A stretch of 64,000 nucleotides of DNA from Azolla caroliniana. Taxonomy: Eukaryota; Plantae; Polypodiophyta. The notes under the pieces were generated by a model, which saw only the letters and a list, made by a program, of their open reading frames with translations, was not told where the DNA came from and ran no database searches. The stretch is from assembly GCA_043228905.1 (NCBI GenBank), contig JBHGNT010000001.1, forward strand, positions 3,286,001 through 3,350,000. Reading direction: 5' to 3'. Below, in pieces: positions 15,401 through 27,400 of the stretch. Positions within the stretch are counted from its first letter, which is position 1. Each line of letters begins with the position of its first letter. Both the position numbers and the translations under genes were made by a program.

Positions 15401-18400
15401 TAACCAAATCTTATCATTAACATCCCACATGCGATCGGCATATATTCGAAAGCATTCATGGCAGAATAATTGCAGCATGATATCCTTACTTATATAAATC
15501 TCTTTCGATGATTGAAGAAGGCCTTGTATCACCTAAATCGAAATGGAGGAAAGACTTATTCTACACAAGTTACTTATCTATTCATCTAATACACTGTTAG
15601 AAATGAAAGAAAACTCGAGCTACCTTAGCAAGATCACGCATATTAAAAACATAATGGCCCTTTCCTGGTATGGGTAAGAGCTCTGTTATTATTGCATTGT
15701 ACACTTCAACGCATGCAGAAACTAAAGCATCCCCAAGCAACCGGGGTTCATCCTCAAAATTTGCTAGTTTAGCTGTGAGTATGGCTCCGAAAATTCTCTT
15801 CATTTGAGCATCGCTTGGTGTTGTTATGTTTACCTAATCAAATGATGTTTTACAATATATGTTAAAAATAAAATTGTTTCCCTTGATATATAATCGTTAG
15901 AAAATCCTATTAGCTGGAAAACTAAAGGTATTGCATTGCACAATGTTACTCAATCAAGTGATATTGGGGACACATACCAAAGAAAAACAGGCTTGTACAC
16001 GTTGTGAAATAGCGTTTCGACCACCACCTGGTGGTGCCATTGCTGCTACTAGCTGCATATTTTTTAGAAACTTTAATTCTTGCTTCTGCCTATCATACCA
16101 AAATCCATTGTCTATCCAGAGTTTCAACAATTCCAATGGAGGCATAAACCCAAACTGCAGACATCGAAAATGAATTTTAACGCATTTCCAAAGAGAAGAA
16201 AAGTATATATTGTTTTGCCTTTACAGTCAGCATAAGATATCTATAACAATGTTACCTGGCTTTTCTTTGGCATGTTGACATCATCAATGAAACAGACAAG
16301 CCGTTTTCCACCAGTTGGTGCATATATACCTTTAGTTCTCTTTTCAAAGCGACCTTCGATGGCATCCTATATCATGCAGGACACATCACTCACTGAAACT
16401 ATGAATGATGATACATTTCTTACAATTTACGCTTATTAGTGACTTTCAAGTGACACAAATATGAAAAACATGTACAATTGAATTAATTTTAAAAAACACA
16501 TTATGGTTAGTCAATGAGATGAAGGGATTGTTAGAACATTGGAAAAGTATACACTCTTATCATATGAACAAATGCTTAAAAGGACTATTTAGAGCTTGCT
16601 AATCGGAGAATGGCCTTATCTTTCATTACATTTCATGTGTATACAACAGAATATAAATCTGATTTACGTCTGAATTTTAAAATAAAATAAAAATGTTATC
16701 AACTATTGTTCAAGATTTCTGGGTGCTCAAATAAATTTATATCTCATCCAGAAATCTTGAACTGTGCTTTTACCAGAGACCTATAATGGAATGCATCGTC
16801 AAATTGCTTGCCAGATTTTTATTGCGTCTCCCAATGCATTTATCTGATTCTTAAATATTGACAGAAATGACATGATAGCATTCCCATGTTATACTAATTT
16901 ATGTTGGTTCAAGACATCTGCTGTATTAATAGAATTGAATCTAAAGCTATGTAATTATCAAGAGAAATTGTCTTGCCTGAAGGCTGTTTGAAGAAGTTTG
17001 AGCTGAAAAGTTTATTGTCATTGTTGAAAGCCCATCAGGTAGGTTACGCAAGTTTGACTCCACTACCAATGTTTTTCCAACCCCAACTCGTCCCACAACC
17101 ATAGCATGCTTGTTTGAGGTGATTAACTTCTTTAGTATATAACTTGTTCTCACCTAGAATAAAAGTTAGTGATTCATAATATAACTTGTTCTCTCTCTGA
17201 CTTGAGAATCTTACATGTATCAATATCAAGATTCTTTAGTCACGTTTTATTTTATATCCTTTTTAGATTTACTTTTATTTGTTCTGAAGAAAAGAAAACG
17301 TTTGAAGATGTAAACTCTGTTTTGTTCTTATAGGTGATTTTGGCCTCTTAATGATGTTAGTATATCTCTTTTTTTGCTAGACAAGTTCAAGAACAAATGT
17401 ACCATTACCTTGTCTTTTCCAATAACATTACAATCTTTGTTTGAACAAACAAAACACATCTTACTATCTACAACAGCTTTAAGAGCCCTATTGTAACCAC
17501 TTTCCAGTATCTTGTTCGACACCCCACTTGTATAGTCCTAAATTGATCTGTAGCATGAAAATGCAGGTTGGAACTAAAGAAAGTCATGACTGTTGTCTGT
17601 TAATAAGTTGTTGTGGTTGTACTGTTCTCTCTGCCCCTTCAATTATAGCAAGAACATTCCTAACCACCATTAGCCTTCGTATTCCATTACCTTGGTTATG
17701 GGCTAAACCCTTGTTTAAGGGGCAGTGGTATCCATCTCTTATTTCATCTAAAACACCACAATGGAAAAAATTGCTGACGGACAATTGGCAGATTCCTGAG
17801 ATGCCTATTAGACTAGGGAGTGCATGAGATTGACGTATATCTATATAAGAAGGCATAATTCTAAATCCATCTTGGTACATGTATAAAAAATGTGTCTATA
17901 GTGGACCATGTTCTTTTATTCTCCAATTTAATGGTATCAGCTCAAATTAAACTATTCTAATCCATTATGATCTCAATTCTCACCATAGGATTGAAGCATA
18001 TAGTTTAGCCATGTAATGTCCAATCAGATAATCCTATTTTTACCAAGCAGAATGGAATCTCCATTCTTTAATATCAGTACAACACTATGTCTTGTCCCAA
18101 TATCAGGAAGCCTTCACACATAGCTCTATTAAACAAGAGTGCAAGAATTGGGCGCAAAGTGTCACATGCATGGAATAAAACATTCACCCATAAACCAATC
18201 ATGATATTGGATCTTTCAAAATTGTAACCTATCATGGAATTTCTTACCTTAGAGGAATAAAAAAGGTGTAAACTATGTGGATGGGGGATGGGGGTTGCTC
18301 AGAGATGTCATAGAGTACCCTTGCATATTCATGCCAAGCTTGGGGTGAGGTCGGATATGTGCTAGGTTTCTTCTCATTAAACATTTTTCACGCTCTTTTA

Positions 18401-21400
18401 CTTTCTTGTCCAAGGAACAAAAGAAATAAGGTTATGTTTATCTTCAATCCATGACTCTGAAGTCATATGTGAGAAGACTAGATGCAGCTCTCTGGGTAAT
18501 GATCATATGACAAAGAAAATAGTGGAGAGGGAACCATAGGGCCAAACTCCGTGGCAAAACACTGCTCTCATGAGTTTTCACATTTTCAAATTATATGGTG
18601 GGAGGATTATTATCATCATTATCTCCATTCAAATATAAGTTTTGACATTGACACTTACAGTATCAACAGTTGGAACATGAATTTTGAAAAATGGTGCTCC
18701 AATTGGAACTTTGTAGGTTCCTGATAGTTTTTCTTCCCATGGAACAAAATTCTTCTTCTTAACATCAAGATAATAGTCATAGACAATACCTGCTGCAGGA
18801 TACCTGGTAAAATACGCCATACAATTCCAAATTATTTAAGTCCTATGGTAGGTATTGTCCTTTTTCAGTAAAAACAACGCTTCATATAAGTGTATGAAAA
18901 AACATCATAATTGGTAAATGGAATAATTCTCCTGGTTATGAAGCATTCTATGCAATAATCTCACTCAAGACAGAGGATCTGTGTGAGATAAATCACGAAA
19001 TAATGTCTCCAAGAGACCAAATCATACTGATTTTCTTTTTTATTCCATGAAACAATGCCTTCTTTTTCTTTTCATTGTTTAGGAAAATGCACTGTTGAAT
19101 TGCTGTGATCATTATGTACAAGAAAGAAAGATATATTAACGTCTTTTAAGAGGCCAAAATGGCCTATAAGACCAAACAAGAGATTACATCTTAAGTGTTG
19201 TCTTGTCTTTGAGAACAACAAATAATAATAATAAGTAAATAATACTCCGTAAATATAAAAGTAAGATAAACAAAGACGAGGGAATCTGGTTTTCGGCACA
19301 GGTGAGATTCTCAAGTTAGACATATTGTAGCTTTTGTCTTCGAGAGATCTTTAGCATAGTTCGATACAGAATGAAAATATCTCTGAAGCGAGGGAAGCAC
19401 CTACGATGGCAGGAGATAATGGCTTTTATCTGTCGATGACAAGGGTGTCGAGGTCGTGGTCCATGGGGCCGGGGCCTACGTGCATGGCAAATTGCTATTG
19501 CCCGATCAATGTAACCCCTTTGTTCTGTCCTGGTCGGGAGCCCATTTGTGTATCCTGTGATGGACTTGTAGCATTAGTAGGAGTGATGGGGCTAAAGAAA
19601 GTTGTGATTGTTCTTTGTGGATGAGCTTGTGTGGCTATATTCTTCAACAACTTTTCCTGATGTCTCTTGAGCTCTAGCAAGAAAAGTCCTAGGCATCCTT
19701 GGTCCTCATATTCCATTACCCTGCGTAGTGAGCCAAAGGCTTGTTTACAGAGGCAATCGTATTTCCCTCTGATTTCATAAAAGACACTACAGTGACAAAC
19801 ATAGTGTTCTTCGGATTCCACTCCTTGATGACACAATTGGCAAATTCTCTTTTCTAGAGGTAGTCATGTATATCTGCCTACCTCCATCTGTAACTGATGT
19901 GATGATGTTCACGGCTTCCCTTCACACTACGCAACGCGTAGGATAGATGTATGTCCATATAAGGTGGCTTGATGATGAATCCATCCTCCGATGTGTGTAA
20001 GAAGTGTGTCTTATAGTGGGCCATCTTTGTACCAAGTGGTATTTTGGGGCTGATCCATGTTATCTTGTTTTCCAAGTTAATAATATCAGTTCAGATCACT
20101 CTATTCTTTTCCACTTTGGTCATATTTAGATGGGGACAGTCCAAAATCATGGCTATGCCCAATGGATGAAAACACGAATGGAACAGACGTTTTGTAGAAC
20201 ACAACTAGCAAAATGTGATCAGATCCTGCCAATAATAGCCAAATCAAGATATATTCTAATGTGGGCAGAATCCTCATGCAACAAGTCTATCCGAAGTGCT
20301 GAGGACACATGTTACCTTGACATTTTGCTAAAATAAAAATATTAAATCCAATTCTCTCGAATAAATATCTAAAAAATATTATTCAGGCTACAATACCTTG
20401 GATCCATCTCTCGTAGGAATATGTCGAATTTTGTTCTACCTTCTTCATCAAGACTTGCTCCAATTGACCATATTAACGCAAAAAGGAACCAGTTTTCTAT
20501 CATAGGAATGTAAGTGTCACCTTCTTGAGGTGATACACCATTTTCTACAGTTGCTAGCGCATCAAAAAGTGTGCAAAGAGTTATAATGCAAGATAATGTA
20601 TCTGTTGGCACCAATTCTTTGCAGTTTTTCTTTTGAAATGCTGTGGCTTTATCAACATATTTTTCAAGTAAGGAACGAACTGTTCTTACAAAGACCTGTC
20701 CAAATGTAGCATAGGTGGAGAAATTATAATAGCTTATTTCACTTTATCAATCCTATTTTCATCCATATATCCACAGAGCATTTAAATGAAAAGCAGATGT
20801 CCCTAATATTTGAGGAAATTCTCGTACATATGAGACATATGCGATTAAAAGTTAACATAAATAACCAGTTGTAAGATATTTAAGGGCTCAAGATCTAATG
20901 ATCTGGGGCAAATAAAATTTCTATAGTGCACATCTCAACTGTAGACATCCATTAATACCCAAAGGACTTCTTCTAAGATAATAAAAATCTGTAGTACCGC
21001 ATATCCCAACTGTAGACACCTATTAATACCCAAAGGACATCTTCTAAGATTAAGTACTTCAATAAAATATGAAAATATTCAATTTCCTATATATATATAT
21101 ATATATATATATATTTCCAAAAAAGAATATCCTTCCATTAGATAAGAAAACCAAGTTTGCTACAACATACAAAGTATGTGGAAAGAAAGCCAAGATACTT
21201 CCTAAAGCCCTCTTGTAAAATTCAATGGGCAACCATAGATCTTTCCCTAAAGAGGCTAAGGAGATGGATCTATATACATCCCAACTTACAACGGAGAACA
21301 ACCAACAAAGGGGGGGAAACTGCTAGATCAACTTACAATCTACTCATTGAAAAACTAGAATACAACTTCAAAGCTTCTGAAAAGAAATTTGTAATAACAA

Positions 21401-24400
21401 TGTAGAATCCATATGTGTAGCAATACTATCATATTTGTCTTTTATCCAAATCAGAGAAATGCCCATGCTTTGTATTTGTTCAAATGAATCGAGTGCTTTG
21501 TGACCCTATATATTCAATTTCCTATATATTCTTGGGTATAATAATCCGAAAAACTGTTTAACACAATTCATTGCCTTCTAAACATAATCTGGACTGCATT
21601 TGCTTCACCAGATATCTAATGTTATGCAAATATAATTGACTACGCAATGACAGTCTAGAGATACAGCCGTGATAGTGTTATAAATAGTGCTCGGCGACAA
21701 CCGAGTCTCTGATGCACAATGGAAGAAACAGGTAAATTGATACACACTTGCACACGAAATAAGATGACACAGGATATTAGCGTGGAAAACGTCAAGGAGG
21801 CAAAACCACGGGAGTTCACTAACTCCTAACCAAATCACTATATGAAATAGAGAGATACAATGTGAAGCTCAGAGGCACCGACCTCAAGCTAGATGACCTC
21901 GCTAACAAGCGGTTACAACAGAAACCTACTTTCTGTTCTCACACACACTCTCTCTCTCTATACAACACACAAAATAACAACACTATTGTGTCCATTTGTC
22001 CTAGTTATAGTTATACTTATATAACTTACGGACTATTTACAAATGTGGCCTCAACGGCCCATAAGAAACATATTTACAAATCTGTGTCTCTTCACGGTTC
22101 ATACCGGTGTCGAGGAAATCCTCGCGGATGCGTAGAAGTCGGGCAGGACCACGGGGATCTCGAACCAAGGAATCGAGAGAACGAGGAGGGAGGAGATTGA
22201 GGATCGCGTAGGTCTCGAGACCACCGGAAAACAGGTAAGGCTAGCGAACAAGAGAGGGTAAGAGAGTCGTGCGTAGACGCAGACACGGGCAAGACACTGA
22301 GAACAACGTCTGTTAAGTAGAGAAGGTTTCTATTAAACAACACAGGTGCACGGTGCTGTCGGTGATTACAACCGGAGCGCAAAGCTTGGCAATAGCCCGA
22401 CACAAAGGTATGTGGGCATGCTGAAGGTCGATCCCCTGGACGGGAGCACTCGAGCGTCTGTCACGTGCTTGGGAAGCGCCTTTCGAAGACCTGTCCTTAC
22501 TCTCCTCTCGGTGTATCCTCTCCTCTCTAAAAAATGGCATCCACAAGACAGTGGAAGGTTGTCCCCTTTTATAGCACAAGGGGCGACCGTTACAAGCATT
22601 CATGACCCGTCGCTTTCCCTTCCTAGATTCTCTCCCTCGTAACTCTCCCTACGTATGCGATGTTCTATTTCGTCTTTAACGCCCTAACTGCCTGGTGCCC
22701 CTCCGTATACTCATGCCTAGTATTTTCATTATTTAATTCTCTTGAGGCGTGCACTCGCGTAAACCGGTGTTCCTGCGCGTTTCACCTTGTTTCCCTCTAT
22801 GGCCCGGAATCTTCACGACATCCACCCCCACTAAACCGCACATCCTCCGTTATGTGCCGGATGGTGAATTTAGTGGAGGATTCCAGGCCATCGGTTACTC
22901 GTCCTCTTCTCCTGAGCTGGTGCTTTCGGCTCCTGGGTCCGGTTCCTCCTCGTTTCGTCTCTTGAAGGCTTTTATCGGCCACCAGAGTCGTTATTTGCAT
23001 CCCGTCGAGCTCCGCGAGATGATACGTGGCGTTGTCGTTGACGCTATTTACCATGTACGGCCCGAACCATCGCTTTGCGAACTTGTGCGTAGACCTATGC
23101 TGGTTGTCGAGGTGGTTGTTGTAGACTAACGCCTAGTCGCCTTCCTCGATCTTCCTTGGCCAGAGCCGGTGCGTTCGGTTGAACCGGGCTTTGTTCCGGA
23201 TCCTTGCTTCTCTCATCCTCGTCGTGGCTCGTTCCACGTCTTCCGGTCTTCGCTCAAGTTGCCGGATTCGTGCCGCTAGCAACTCCTCTCCGCTCATTTC
23301 GCTAGCCCAATCGATCGCTGCCCACGAGGCGATCGTTCGCTCTATTGGCATGATGGGTTTCTGTCCGTACATTAGTTCCGCCGGCATGTACCCTGTCACC
23401 GAACTGTGGGTAGTCCGGTCCGCCCATAATGCGTACGGGAGCAACCTCGGCCAGTCGCCGACTCGACCCTTGCACGTGCGTACAATGGCCTTTACAATCG
23501 GACCGTGGCCCCGTTCAATCTTTCCGTTTGCCTCCAGGTTGTACGCCGTTGTGAGGGACAGTTTTACGCCTAACCGATCAAACAGTTCCTCGGCCTCTTC
23601 CGCGTCTAGCTCTCCTCGGTCAGCTACGATTTTCCCCATGCACCCGTATCGGCATATGACATCCTCGACCAGAAACTTGCATACGGCCGCGGTGGTCTTA
23701 TTCGTTAGTGCTCGTCCCTCTACCTAGTTGGTTAGGTCCTCTCTAGCCAGCAATAGGTATCGCTTCTGACCTTCGCCCATCGGCATCGTAACTAAGCCAA
23801 CCATCCATTTGAAGTGCACCGTCGGAGGATAAGTTGGGTGTAGTTCGTCGCGGTGTCGAACCACCGAGTGCATCTGGCAGCTTTCGCACGTGGACACGAA
23901 GTCGTGCACGCACTTGTACATGCTTGGCCACCAATATTTTCCCTTTAACTTCTCGAATGTAGCCCATGTACCCCGGTGTCCAGACCAAGGGCTCTCGTGG
24001 AACTCCGACATCAGCTTCTGTTGGTCATCCGCCCGCGCTATTACCCGGAGCGGCACGTCGTTTCGCCTTTTTGGGATCCTCCAGATTTTTCCGTCTCGCA
24101 GGAAATACCGGTATGCCTTCTTCCGGAGCTGTCCGGCCTCCTCCTTAGTCATCGTGGTGTCTGTCGTCATTGTCTCCAGAAACCTCCCGATTAGAAGCCA
24201 CTCACCGTTGTAGCCGAGTTCGTCGAACTCATTCACGGGCGGAGCGCTTCGCCCCTTTATCCTCATCCTTGCCGATTTGAAGAAGTCTGCGCCGACTTCT
24301 TCGCTCTCTGATACCATGCCGTCTTCATCCTCAAATCTTGCTCTAGAAAGCATATCGGCCATGGCGTTGTCTTTACCCGAGATGTATCGTATCTCCGGGT

Positions 24401-27400
24401 TCAGGGACTTGATGTACGCAATCCACCTGAGCATGGCTAGGTCAGGAGTTGCGCATCCGGAGACCATACCGAGAATCGGCAAGCATTCTGTTTCGATAAT
24501 TACTTCTGTCCCAATTAGGTAATCTTTGTCGACCTTAACCGCCGAAACGATACCCCACAGCTTGCGCTTGACTTGGGCATACCCTCGTTGTCGCTCGCTC
24601 AGTACCTTCGCACCGAACCGGATAGGGAAGCGCGTGCCGTCTTCGCCCTTTTGATTCACGACCCACCCGATCCCGGTCGGGCCGGTGTCCACAGTGATGT
24701 AGACCGGGGTTCCCGGTGCGTATTCCGCTTTGCGCAAAGCCGGTGCCGCGGCAAGCGTTCGTTTTAGTTTCTGGACCGCCTCTCTATGTTCCTTCGTCCA
24801 TTCGAATTTCCTATTCTTCTTCAGCAAGCCGTAGAGTGGTTCAGCAACGTGCGCGTAATGAGGGATACATATGTGGTAGAAGGCGCATGCCCCCAGGAAC
24901 CGCCGGACCTCTATGATGGATCCGCGCTCCTCCTTCATTGCCGAGATGGCCTCTACCTTGGTCGGCGATTGCTTCCGGCCATACGGCCCACATAGGTGGC
25001 CAACCACTAATATCTCCAGTTGTCCGAAAGCCGACTTTTCTCCCAAGAAGGTAAGCCGTGCACCCTCGAGCCTCTGTAGTATCTTCTCGCAGTCGGAGAT
25101 GTGGTCTGCGACAAACCGTCGGCACCCGTCGGCACCGATTGACTCATCCTTAGCATCTTCCGAGCACCCCCTTATAGGGATGTCGTCTAGGAAAGGCATG
25201 GTGATGTCCGGGATGCAGTCCCTCAGAACTCTGTTCATTGCGTTCACCATGTGTGCCACTGAGTTGGTTCCGCCCTGTGGTAGGGTACACATTCAAACTA
25301 GGCCGAGAGGGGTCCGCATCGTCGTGATGTCCCTGCTTTCCACGGTGAGCTAGAATTGGTCGTACCCCGAGTATATGGACCTTTCGGCGAAGGCTTCAGC
25401 GAACTCGTCGATCGACGGCCCGACCCCCGTATTGCGGATGGTCACTTTGTTGACCGGTTGTAAGTCCTAGATGAACCGCAGCGTACCGTTCTTCTTCGGT
25501 ACCGTAAACCACCGGTTAGAGTAGGGGGCACTCGACGGTTCGAGGATGCCCAGCTCCACTTTCTGCTTAAGAAGCTTCATCAGCATCGGCATGTGAGCTC
25601 TCGGTACTGGGATCGGCTTGAGACTCCATCGTATGTGTGGTATTGTAAAGATCACCATGGGCTCGACGATGGTCGGGTCGACGCACCCGATCTCTCCTGG
25701 TGAGAATGCGAAGGCCTTCCCGTGCCTCTCGAGCATTCTTCTTTTAAAGGCCAAAATGGCCTATAAGACCAAATAAGAGATTACATCTTGAGTGTTTTCT
25801 CGTCTTTGAGAACAAATCAAAATAAAATAAATATTACACAGTAATTATAAAAGTAAATAGGATGAAAAAAGAAGCGAGGGAATCTGGTTTTTGGCACATG
25901 TGAGATTCTCAAGTTAGGTATATTGTAGCTTTTGTCTTTGAAAGATCTCTTGCATAGGTCGATCCAGAATGGAAATGTCTTTGAAGAGAGGGAAGCAAAA
26001 AGAAAGAAAGAAATATCTATTAACATCTTTTAAGAGGCTAAAATGGCCTATAAGACCAAACAAGAGATTGCATCTTAAGTGTTGTCTCATATTTGAGAAT
26101 AACAAAACAACATAAATGTTATTAAGGAAATAAGACAAAAAGAGGCTGAAGAATCTTCTTATCAGTCCATGTAAGATTCTCAAGTAAGATAGATTGCACT
26201 TTCGTCTTTGAAAGGTCTCTACCATAGCCTGATCCAGAATGGAGAGACTGATATCTAAACTTATTAATTATATTTGAATAAACTTGATCAATAGGAAGCA
26301 TTAGAATAAAGGTTTCAATTGCATATCTACTGCCAAATATGAAGATTAGATCATAACCAATCATGCAAGGTAAACCAAATCTATATTGTGATTATAATAA
26401 AAAAGTGACTACCTGATCACTACCAGCTGCAATTTTGCGTTGGAGCCAGGACTCTGCATAAGGCCACCACTGTAAATCTTCTACATTTAGATATATCATA
26501 CCTGCACGGCTGACTGTCGCAGGTGAAGCTTGAGAGAGGTCCTCTACTTCAAAAAGCAAAGAAACCTAAAACAAAGGTGTGAGTTTCCAAAAGTCACTAA
26601 ATGTGATATCATCATCTAACACTTTTCCAAATCATATTCCCAGTGTATTGTGATTTAAGATAATTCTTGAAATTTCAAACGCATAATTAACGGTTGTCTT
26701 GATAAACACCTTCATTTAATAGTGGCATGGTTAAATAGATCATCTGCCTCACCTGAGGTGGCATTGAGATACGTTCTCCATTTAGTAATGTGAGGATTTT
26801 GTTGTCATCCAGAAGACTATTCATAGACTCAATCCACAAAGTATCAACTGGTCCATCAAATAGTATCCACTTTTTGTCGGGCAATTCATCACTACAGACC
26901 TTTCGTGTGATGTTTGACAGAATTCCATCAATCCATTCATTTGTCAATCTATTGAATGTACCATATATCTCATCATTTGAAAGAGCTAAAGGATTTATGA
27001 TATGCACATGAATGCGCTCAAAACCTTCCACACCAGCATCTTTCAAGCGCCCTTGAGCACGTAGAAGTGACTTCCACGAAACAGTTTTTCCTGAACCTGT
27101 CCTGCCTACTAACATGTTTCCATGCCTAGCTAGCATACAATCATACAGCTGCAAACCCAAAAAACTTAATATTTTGGGACTAGATAGATTGTCATAACAT
27201 TCTGTTACACATTATTTAAGTCTGTTGTTAAATTACCTGAAGGATCTTAAGAATAAAATCATTGATCACTTGAAGACCTTGTCCAACAAGTTCTTGCTCA
27301 ATTGCTTTTCTAAGCGCATCACTCTCTTTTTGGGGCAATTCAACTCCAGGAAAAAGATCTAAGAGTAGAGCATTAAAAAGAGGAATATCTGCATAAATAA

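Noticed and set aside
19100-20165. Target-site duplication around the long LINE copy
   Set aside because: The flanks (gatcattatgtac versus aatcatggctatg) share only a few bases, which is not convincing.
23179-25353. Plus-strand ORFs of 60-182 aa within the Gypsy element
   Set aside because: These are antisense shadows of GC-rich pol coding sequence.
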